Position numbers and translations under genes: made by a program
The notes under the pieces: generated by a model
What the model was told of the DNA's origin: nothing
What the model saw: the letters and a program-made list of their open reading frames with translations, nothing else
Database searches by the model: none
Part shown: positions 8,866 through 16,758 of the stretch, one piece after another
Layout of the letters: each line of letters begins with the position of its first letter
Numbering within the stretch: the first letter of the stretch is position 1
Assembly: GCA_019057635.1 (NCBI GenBank)
Contig: DXJL01000137.1
Coordinates: 1-21,891, forward strand
Direction of reading: 5' to 3'
Length of the DNA: 21,891 nucleotides
Source of the DNA: Candidatus Heimdallarchaeota archaeon
GTDB taxonomy: Archaea; Asgardarchaeota; Heimdallarchaeia; Hodarchaeales; Hodarchaeaceae

Positions 8866-9801
8866 TCAAGATGCGCTCCCCTGTGAACTCTCCTTTCCGC
8901 TCATCCTTGCTCTATTGAATTGTATGGTAAAGGTAGAAATAAGCAGAATTATTAGTCCTATCCATTCATTCATTAAAGGCATCTCCTCGAGAAATATCAT
9001 CGAAAGAAATACAATTTGGGGAAACATAGTTCCATTAATAATGGAAATGTCCATAGCCCTTATCTTACGCATAGCATTATTCCATAAAGTGAATGCTAAT
9101 GCTGTGTTTACGACTCCCAGCCAAAGGATCATGATGAGGGAGGAGAAAGAAATAGGGGGTATTGACTCAAAGCTGAAAGCAGATAATAATAGAAACATGG
9201 AGCCAAAACTCATGCTAATAGCCGTAATTAACAAAGGATGAACAAAATTTCCACGATTTATACCACGACCTATGATTGATGAGAGAGCATTTACTACAAC
9301 TAAACCTATCCCTACAAATAATCCTGAGACAGAGAAAAGTTCAAATTTGAACGGATAGAAGTAACAAAGAATTCCTGCTAGTGCAATAAGAAAGAAGATA
9401 ATCTCAAACCTAGTAGGTGATTCCTGGAGGAAGAAGAGGGAGAATAAAATGACAAAAAATGGAGTAAGATTCAAGAGGAAGGACACCGTAATGGCAGGTA
9501 AGAGGGATAAGGCCAAAAATTGTCCTCCTTGAGTAAAAGTAATAAACACTAATCCATAAACAAATAACATCATCCACAGTCTTCTATCCTGATGCTTCAA
9601 AGTGTTACGATGAGAAGAATTACTGAAAACCAGTGTAAGAAGCAGAAGGGATCCAATCAGGTAACGGAGTCCTGCAAAAAATAATGGAGGCAATTCATCT
9701 AATCCAAATTTAATAATAACCCAAGAACTACTCCATAAAACAGTTACGAATAGTGCCTGTAATACTGCGTATACATATTCACGAGAAAACTGATTTTTCA
9801 T
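8866..9801 (-). CDS. DMT superfamily (EamA) transporter
   Basis: LWSSSWVIIKFGL...PPLFFAGLRY; two EamA halves, ~10 TM segments; LGVVNTALAFTLWN. Confidence 0.92.
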   Translation of the reverse strand: MKNQFSREYVYAVLQALFVTVLWSSSWVIIKFGLDELPPLFFAGLRYLIGSLLLLTLVFSNSSHRNTLKHQDRRLWMMLFVYGLVFITFTQGGQFLALSLLPAITVSFLLNLTPFFVILFSLFFLQESPTRFEIIFFLIALAGILCYFYPFKFELFSVSGLFVGIGLVVVNALSSIIGRGINRGNFVHPLLITAISMSFGSMFLLLSAFSFESIPPISFSSLIMILWLGVVNTALAFTLWNNAMRKIRAMDISIINGTMFPQIVFLSMIFLEEMPLMNEWIGLIILLISTFTIQFNRARMSGKESSQGSAS

Positions 9802-9940
9802 CCAATCAACCTAAAATACTAATGTATTTCAAGAGTAACTTCAGCAAGGAAGGAGAGGTACTCTGAATTTCTAGTAAAAATAAATATAACGGACTAGGTA
9901 AGGATTGTTAGTTCACCTCTTAAAAGAAGTGGAATTTCAA

Positions 9941-10759
9941 ATGGATTCTTGGCCACCACTAATTAAAGAATTTTATCAGGAAATCTGTGACTCTTGTAAT
10001 AAACAGATCGACCTCCACCGTTTTATCTTCGAAAGTAGAGCATTAATCCGATTAGACCTTGATAATTTAGCATTGGAAACTATTCCATCATCAACTGGCA
10101 ATATAGCTAGCTTACAAGCTTTGAACCTAAGAAATAACAAATTAAAGGATCTTCCAGAGCAATTAGAGAATCTCAAAACGTTAGAGGAAGTTTCTCTTTC
10201 GGCCAATTCATTTACTAAAGTACCTGAATGCTTAGTGAAAGTTTCATCATTAAAAATTCTTCACATGGTTAAGAATCAACTTACACATCTTCCTGAAGAC
10301 ATGAGTAATTGGACCATCTTACGTGAACTAGGCATTGCTAAAAATGAATTAAGGAATCTACCTGAATCTATTGGTACATTGAAGAATTTACGTGAAATTT
10401 CAATATCGAAAAATCCACTTTCAACCTTTCCAGAGAACTTTAGTAACTTAATTAATCTTAAATTCCTGTTTGCTTATTCATGTTCGATCCATTCCCTTCC
10501 AGAGAATTTTGGCGATCTCAAATCACTCGAAAAAGTCGATTTGAGTAATAATCAAATAAAAAAACTCCCTACATCAAGTGAAGGGTTAACCATGATGCAA
10601 ATTCTTGATTTACAACAGAATCAGCTTACGACTATCCCTTATACACTTTTATCTCTCCCTTCTCTAAAATATTTGAATTTGTCTAAGAATCCACTCACCG
10701 CTGAAACTCGAGCCCAACTAACATCACATACCGATAAGAGTGTCAGAATGATCTATTAA
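9941..10759 (+). CDS. Leucine-rich repeat protein
   Basis: About nine 23-aa repeats of type LxxLxLxxNxLxxLPxxIxxL (e.g. LQALNLRNNKLKDLPEQLENL). ATG 9941 preferred over TTG 9905; start uncertain. Confidence 0.9.
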   Translation: MDSWPPLIKEFYQEICDSCNKQIDLHRFIFESRALIRLDLDNLALETIPSSTGNIASLQALNLRNNKLKDLPEQLENLKTLEEVSLSANSFTKVPECLVKVSSLKILHMVKNQLTHLPEDMSNWTILRELGIAKNELRNLPESIGTLKNLREISISKNPLSTFPENFSNLINLKFLFAYSCSIHSLPENFGDLKSLEKVDLSNNQIKKLPTSSEGLTMMQILDLQQNQLTTIPYTLLSLPSLKYLNLSKNPLTAETRAQLTSHTDKSVRMIY

Positions 10760-10782
10760 CACTGGATATCAAGTGTTTTATT

Positions 10783-11631
10783 ATGTTTATCCCGATTCTT
10801 GTTGCTTTAACTGGGACTATCATTCTAAATATTGGATTTGTACTTCAAAAAAGCGAAGCAGAAAAACTTCCACCCTTTATAACCAAAGATATTGGTAACT
10901 CCCTTAGACAGATTCTGAAATGTAAAATCTGGTTATTTGGAACATTGTTAACAACATCAGGATGGCTTTTTTTCTTGATTGCGATCTCATTGGCACCTTT
11001 AACAGTGATCGCTCCTCTTAGTAATGCAGGAGTCATTATTCTTGCTGGTATTTCAGTTTTCTATTTAAAGGAATCATTACACATTTACGAATGGATAGGA
11101 TTCTGTGCAATCCTTGTAGGAGTTATATTTATACCAATTTATTCTATACCTGTTACTAATGACGGAGTTGAGGTTGATGTATTGTTACTCCTAGTAATTA
11201 CTATCGTTGCTCTTATTGGTCTCCTTATATTAAAGATCAGTCAGAAACTACTCTTTCCCCTAAAAAATGGAAGTATTTTGGGTATTGCTTCCGGAGTGAC
11301 GGCTGGACTTGGTTCTGCATACACAAAAATGCTAGGATTATTAACCGAAGAATTGATTCCGCTCTTAATAGCTTTGTTATTTGTTGGAATATTTCAAATC
11401 CTTTCTTTCTTAACTCTACAGACAGCCTTTCAACAAGAACGTGCAACGATTGTCGTCCCACTGTTTAATAGTTTTGCTACGCTTTTACCTCTTATCTATG
11501 GGGTATTCGTTTTCTCAGAAACTATTCCTTTTGGCCAGCTGATTGGGATCCTTCTGATGGTTCTTGGTGCTTCGGCATTATTTCAATTCAGCGGAAAGGA
11601 TTTTAGCCCAAAAATACAGGATGACTCCTAA
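10783..11631 (+). CDS. DMT superfamily transporter (NIPA/EamA-like)
   Basis: GFVLQK, IWLFGTLL, APLTVIAPL, YLKESLH, AFQQERATIVVP; ~9 TM segments. Confidence 0.85.
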   Translation: MFIPILVALTGTIILNIGFVLQKSEAEKLPPFITKDIGNSLRQILKCKIWLFGTLLTTSGWLFFLIAISLAPLTVIAPLSNAGVIILAGISVFYLKESLHIYEWIGFCAILVGVIFIPIYSIPVTNDGVEVDVLLLLVITIVALIGLLILKISQKLLFPLKNGSILGIASGVTAGLGSAYTKMLGLLTEELIPLLIALLFVGIFQILSFLTLQTAFQQERATIVVPLFNSFATLLPLIYGVFVFSETIPFGQLIGILLMVLGASALFQFSGKDFSPKIQDDS

Positions 11632-12482
11632 TGCCCGAAGGCCCTGAAGTTGAATCAATTCGTCTAGAGTTACTACAATTAACTGCTCGAAAAGTGAAGG
11701 AAATAACACTAACACCCCTTTCACAGAAATATCCGAAATATCAAGGAAAAGAAGACGAGTTCTCACTATTCAGAGGTCAAGAATTGAGGAACATTCACCG
11801 TTTTAACAAATTCCTCATTTGGGAGTTTGAGAAAAAACCTGTTATCCTAAATCATCTTGGTATGTCTGGATGTTGGACGATTGTTGATACTAAAGAAGAA
11901 ATATCTACAAAAACCACTCATCCAAAGGTCATTATAGAAATGAGCAAGCCTCCTTATGCCATTTTCGACGATAGTCGCAATTTTGGTCAATTTAGGATTT
12001 TTTCCTCAATGGAGGCAGTAAAACTATATCCTCCAATCAAGAAATTAGGAATAGATGGATTAACCAAGGAATTTCCACTTCAGGATTTTGTAGAACGAAT
12101 TGCTGAACAACGTTTTCAAAATAGACAGATCGGAGATCTTTTAATGGATCCACGCCTAGTAGCAGGCATTGGAAATATCTACAAAGCTGAGATCTTGTTT
12201 GAGGCGAAAATTCATCCTGAGCGAATTATATCAACTTTAACACAAGAAGAAACAATATTATTGGGAAAATCTATCTCAAAAATTCTTTTAAAGGCCTTTC
12301 ATGATAAAGGAAGTTCTTTTGATGCTCGGTATAAACTCCCTTCTGGAGAAGGAGGGCAAGCACAACGCTGGCATATGGTGTATCAACGAATTGACCAGCC
12401 ATGTGGGGATTGTGGATCATTGATAGAAAAATTAATACAAAAAAACAGAAGTACGTATTTCTGCCCCAAGTGTCAACACTAA
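11631..12482 (+). CDS. mutM: Fpg/Nei family DNA glycosylase/AP lyase
   Basis: N-terminal PEGPEV, HLGMSG, DSRNFG, H2TH motif AGIGNIYKAEILF and C-terminal Zn finger CGDCG...RSTYFCPKCQ. TAATG overlap with the upstream gene. Confidence 0.92.
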   Translation: MPEGPEVESIRLELLQLTARKVKEITLTPLSQKYPKYQGKEDEFSLFRGQELRNIHRFNKFLIWEFEKKPVILNHLGMSGCWTIVDTKEEISTKTTHPKVIIEMSKPPYAIFDDSRNFGQFRIFSSMEAVKLYPPIKKLGIDGLTKEFPLQDFVERIAEQRFQNRQIGDLLMDPRLVAGIGNIYKAEILFEAKIHPERIISTLTQEETILLGKSISKILLKAFHDKGSSFDARYKLPSGEGGQAQRWHMVYQRIDQPCGDCGSLIEKLIQKNRSTYFCPKCQH

Positions 12483-12541
12483 GAAAAAGAAGGGAGCGAG
12501 ATGAAAACTTCATCTAAAATAATAAATTTGTTTGTGAATAC

Positions 12542-14221
12542 TCAATTTGGTTTAAAATCTCGACGTAAGGGAGTAAACATCGGTACATATAATAGAGGAA
12601 CCCAATCTTTGGGATTAGGCCGCCAGCTACCGATAACGGCTTTCACTTCTTCTCCTTCAGTGAAGTTACAAATCTTAGGATTGTAATTAAAACCTCTTAC
12701 CATCTTTTGATCAAACATTGCCCAGTAGGGTTTGCCAGGATGACCCGCAGCCTTTTTCGTTGAGGGACCGAAAAAGTTTACACTCTTGATCCGAGCTCTT
12801 TTAGGGATTTGCACTGTTTCTAATTGCTCTCCGCAAATTCTCTTCGCATCGGAAGCATCCTTCTTTATTCCTCGTAAACACTTACCTTTCAGTGCTTCAA
12901 ATTTCACTGGAGGGGAAAAATCTGGAAAATTGTCTTTGCTCCAACTATCCCCGAAATAGACGGCTCCACATTTTGGGCATCCTTCAACTTCATAAAATTC
13001 TTCTGAGATTGGTTCATAATCAATTAAAGCAATATGTTTGGCTGCATTATCTGGATTATCTCGGAATCGGATATAATCATCAACCGATATTTTTTGCTTA
13101 TACTCAATCTGTTCCTGAACAGTAGGAACACCATTAGTTGCAGCTTTAGACCCATTTTGTTTGACATTTATACTAATGACATCTGAACCAGCACCTGAAC
13201 CATAAAGAACAGTCATAATTTCATCGCCATCCTTAGCTCTTTCAATCGCATCACACAATGCGGTAGGAACAGTTGCAGAATATCCATTGGCGATTTGGGG
13301 CGCCAAGTTCGAAACATTTACCTGAGGTTTGATACCAAGCATTTTACCATCAGCATCAAATTCTTTCTCTGCAAGTTTGACCCCATAGAAATTTGAAATA
13401 TCAAGCAAGGCTTCATTCGGGAAAGAACCATTCGGACTATGGATAACCCAAGTTTTATTGGGAAGACACTTGGGATCAATCGAATAACGTTCTACATGTT
13501 TCTTAACAGCAGATAAAATCATCCCACGAAAGGCTAAACTAGTACCCTGACCTTCATGTTCAGGAAAACTTTGCCCTTCTTTTCTAACGAAGTCTGAAAA
13601 ATCATAATTAACGGAGGTACGCCCGTTAAGTTCAGCAATGCCATTATCCTTCCCTAGGATAAGTGTTGTTGAATAGAAAGAGGCGGAAAATTCAAGATCA
13701 TCACCAGGTGCTCCTTGAGAAGCATCAGTGGCAGTAATTGCGACATATCGACAACGATCCGCGTCTATCAGTGCAGCACCAATCTCTAAGAATTCTCCGA
13801 AAGGTTTACAGGCAAATTCTCCACGTACTCCAAATCGTAAATTCGTCAATCCCGCTTTTCCAGCAATTGCTGTACTAGATTTTACAGCATAGGGATAGGA
13901 TTCGGATACTACGAATAATGCATCAATTTGAGTGGGATCAATGCCTGCTCTTTTAACAGCATAGTTTAAGCTTTGAATACCAGCGGTTAAAGCATCTTCA
14001 TTTGGTCCAGGTACAATTTTCTCTATTAATAAGAGACGTTGATTATATACCCACCGAACGGATCTTAATGCTTTACCTCTGAAACGGTTAACTGTTTCTT
14101 TCATCATTCTAAATGCAGTTTTATAATGCAATTGTGACATAGAATGATAATGATCAACTAACTCCTCTATTTCCAGCCGGTTGACAGGAATGAATGAAGC
14201 GATTGATTTAATCTCAGCCAT
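12542..14221 (-). CDS. Archaeal-type HMG-CoA synthase fused to a C-terminal DUF35-like Zn-ribbon/OB domain
   Basis: SESYPYAVKS, EFACK (catalytic Cys), D.SQGAPGDDLEFSAS, DFVRKEGQSFPEH, IHSPNGSFP (His), ANGYSA and YGSGAGSD match archaeal HMGS. An extra ~150 aa tail contains GCPKCGAVYF...KC...RICGEQLETVQIP. Confidence 0.85.
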   Translation of the reverse strand: MAEIKSIASFIPVNRLEIEELVDHYHSMSQLHYKTAFRMMKETVNRFRGKALRSVRWVYNQRLLLIEKIVPGPNEDALTAGIQSLNYAVKRAGIDPTQIDALFVVSESYPYAVKSSTAIAGKAGLTNLRFGVRGEFACKPFGEFLEIGAALIDADRCRYVAITATDASQGAPGDDLEFSASFYSTTLILGKDNGIAELNGRTSVNYDFSDFVRKEGQSFPEHEGQGTSLAFRGMILSAVKKHVERYSIDPKCLPNKTWVIHSPNGSFPNEALLDISNFYGVKLAEKEFDADGKMLGIKPQVNVSNLAPQIANGYSATVPTALCDAIERAKDGDEIMTVLYGSGAGSDVISINVKQNGSKAATNGVPTVQEQIEYKQKISVDDYIRFRDNPDNAAKHIALIDYEPISEEFYEVEGCPKCGAVYFGDSWSKDNFPDFSPPVKFEALKGKCLRGIKKDASDAKRICGEQLETVQIPKRARIKSVNFFGPSTKKAAGHPGKPYWAMFDQKMVRGFNYNPKICNFTEGEEVKAVIGSWRPNPKDWVPLLYVPMFTPLRRDFKPN

Positions 14222-14242
14222 AAGTTACAAATCCAAATTCAT

Positions 14243-14341
14243 TTACTTTACATAAAAAATTCTTTTGATAGGTCTTATAGATACTTCTATTTTAATCCTA
14301 TTGGCAGGAATAACCGAGGCGGTCGATTTTATCACAGCCAT
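14243..14341 (-). pseudogene. Diverged duplicate of the HMG-CoA synthase N-terminus (32-aa upstream ORF)
   Basis: MAVIKSTASVIPANRIKIEVSIRPIKRIFYVK* versus MAEIKSIASFIPVNRLEIEE: 13/20 identical. The two ATGs are exactly 120 bp apart. Confidence 0.75.
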
Positions 14342-14630
14342 TAGTTTAACAGTCCAGAGTAATTACCTATTATGAAGAGCTGCGAATATACCTATGCCAG
14401 AAGCGGTTCTAGTCACAGTCCTTCAGAATGAAAAAACCTTTCATTTTCATAATAAACCTTTCTTTTAATTTCATAATAAAGGTTTCTGGAGATTCCTTAC
14501 CGACAAAACATCGAAATGGGTGTGTGCACTGGGTTAGCAAGTAACCTCGTGATTCACTACTCTAAAATAATTTCCAAATAATACGAAATGGTATTCATCT
14601 AATGTCTTGAGTAAAGCATAAATTACTCGT

Positions 14631-15713
14631 TCATATCACTCGAACAATCCATTTATATGGATCTGGAATGTTACCATATTGAATATCGAGGAGTTTTTTT
14701 GACACTTTCTTCGTCAAAGATCCGACCTTAAACTCAATAATGATATGATTCTCCCCTCGATAAAATAGGCTGCCTATGGGAACAATAGATGCGGCTGTTC
14801 CCGTTCCAAAACTTTCTACGAGAGCTCCTTCTTTGATTCCTCTTACAATTTTATCAATAGCAAGTGATTCTTCTTTAACAGTATACCCAAAGTCTTGAAT
14901 AAGCTGGATTACGCTTTCACGTGTGATTCCATGTACAATGGTATCACTCTCTATTGGAGTCGTATAAACAACATCATTATAAACAAAAAAGATGTTCATT
15001 GCTCCTACCTCCTCTACATAACGTCGATGGATCGCATCAAGCCATAAGACCTGATCAAACCCCGCTTTTTTAGCTACCTGTCCCACAAGAAGACTTCCTG
15101 CATAATTCCCTCCTGTTTTGGCACTCCCCATTCCTCCTGGTGCTGCTCTAATATATTGCTCACTGACATAAAGCTTCAGAATTTCAGGGAAATATGATCT
15201 AGAGGGTGAAAGGATAATAAAGAATAAATATTCGTTAGATGCGCGTAACCCCAAGCATGGTTCGGTTCCTATCATTGCGGGCCGAATGTAAACCGTTGAT
15301 CCCTTGGATTTTGGAACCCAATCTTTTTCAATGATTAAGAGCTCCTTTAATCCGGTTAAATATATCTCTGGATCAATTTCTGGCATCATCATACGTTGTG
15401 CAGATAGATTAAATCGGGCAGCATTTTTTTCTGGTCTAAACAGGTTAATATGCCCTTCTTGAGTCCAAAAGGCTTTTTGGCCCTCAAAAATGGTTTGACC
15501 ATAATGGAAGCACACCGCTGTAGGATCTAGAATTATTGGGGCATATTTCTTGATTGTAAGGTCTTTCCATGTTCCATCTCTATAACTAGCTGTAAACATT
15601 CTATCAGTTTTAATCTGTCCAAAGCCCATGTTTTCTTCGGATTCATATTTCGGCTTTAATTCGGATTCAGGTATTTCCTCGATATTAATCTGCAGCACTT
15701 TCATAGCTTTCAA
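14631..15713 (-). CDS. ilvE: Branched-chain amino acid aminotransferase
   Basis: HYGQTIFEGQKA, LFRPEKNAARF, YIRP, AKTGGNY (PLP lysine), EEVGAMNIF, GITRES, GTGTAA. Confidence 0.95.
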   Translation of the reverse strand: MKAMKVLQINIEEIPESELKPKYESEENMGFGQIKTDRMFTASYRDGTWKDLTIKKYAPIILDPTAVCFHYGQTIFEGQKAFWTQEGHINLFRPEKNAARFNLSAQRMMMPEIDPEIYLTGLKELLIIEKDWVPKSKGSTVYIRPAMIGTEPCLGLRASNEYLFFIILSPSRSYFPEILKLYVSEQYIRAAPGGMGSAKTGGNYAGSLLVGQVAKKAGFDQVLWLDAIHRRYVEEVGAMNIFFVYNDVVYTTPIESDTIVHGITRESVIQLIQDFGYTVKEESLAIDKIVRGIKEGALVESFGTGTAASIVPIGSLFYRGENHIIIEFKVGSLTKKVSKKLLDIQYGNIPDPYKWIVRVI

Positions 15714-16220
15714 AGTGTTGTTTTTATCAAGACTAATTAATTTTACTCAGAATCCACAACAAATATTTTCCAACAAAGAATTTACTTAATTTGTGAATAG
15801 CTAAATTTCTCTCAGATTCCGTAATCTCTCTCAGTCTCACGGTTATAAGAAATTACATCCCAATAAACACAGACAGTATTAGAATATTTGAGCTGGGAAA
15901 AATACGGTAATAAAAGACCCCTCAAGATCAAACTAGTAACTAGTTTCGATTTTAAGGAGAGATCTAATATATTTCTTCAAGAACAATCTCTGATATCCTG
16001 AATTATAATGGGTAAGGAAAAAGGATTATTTTGTCGGATTTACTTAAAATCTCATTTGTCTCAGTCTTCAACGTCATTTTGTTAATGAAATAAAATAAAA
16101 TCTAGGAATTCAGCATAAGATTAAACTTTGGTCATAAAAACAATTCAAAAACGTCAGTTCATAACTATTTCAGCTACAAACGAATTTTGAAACCCTAATA
16201 CTTCTCTTAGGATTTCTCTC

Positions 16221-16433
16221 TTAGGAAAAGAGTGACTCCCCGATAGTAGATATTTTTTTTTTGGAAATATAACCTAAGAAGGACTTACTTTTAGAATGGT
16301 CTTTAGAAATCTTAAATAATTTTGATGATTTTGACCTTGTGCTTTCTATTAATATTGACACTAAATCCTGTACTAAACTCTCATCTTGGTACAGCTGGTT
16401 GAATCTGTACGTTAACTGAAATAAATCCCACAT
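16221..16433 (-). CDS. Hypothetical 70-aa protein
   Basis: ATG-started ORF 56 bp downstream of the small peptide gene, on the same strand. No recognisable motif. Confidence 0.3.
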   Translation of the reverse strand: MWDLFQLTYRFNQLYQDESLVQDLVSILIESTRSKSSKLFKISKDHSKSKSFLGYISKKKISTIGESLFS

Positions 16434-16489
16434 TCAGCTAAACGATTAAATTTACTATGATCCTTGTACTAGATATTATGTAATATTAT

Positions 16490-16642
16490 TCAATCAATTC
16501 CGCTACCAAGTGGACCATTCATACCCGCGCCAACAGTGGAAGCAACCATGAACAATAATATCATGAATATCAAAGGAAGCATTTTTAGTAGTACTAGTTC
16601 AGCATTGAATTTCGATTCTCTTATTCTTTCTTTCTTTTGCAT
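16490..16642 (-). CDS. Small 50-aa secreted or membrane peptide (signal-peptide-like precursor)
   Basis: Below the ORF-track cutoff: MQKKERIRESKFNAELVLLKMLPLIFMILLFMVASTVGAGMNGPLGSGID*. GGTGA Shine-Dalgarno just upstream (GGTGAAAATAA-ATG). Basic n-region, hydrophobic h-region, V-G-A c-region. Confidence 0.7.
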   Translation of the reverse strand: MQKKERIRESKFNAELVLLKMLPLIFMILLFMVASTVGAGMNGPLGSGID

Positions 16643-16758
16643 TTATTTTCACCATTTTCTTTAAAGTCGTCATTTTCAGTTTTTAGACTAGAGAAAATCT
16701 CCGTATCTTTTTACTGAAATTACTGATAACTTTACTAGATATCCTTATAAACTATACG

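Noticed and set aside
16490-16642. Lasso peptide or other RiPP precursor
   Set aside because: No Asp/Glu at ring position 7-9 of a plausible core, and no modification enzymes in the window.
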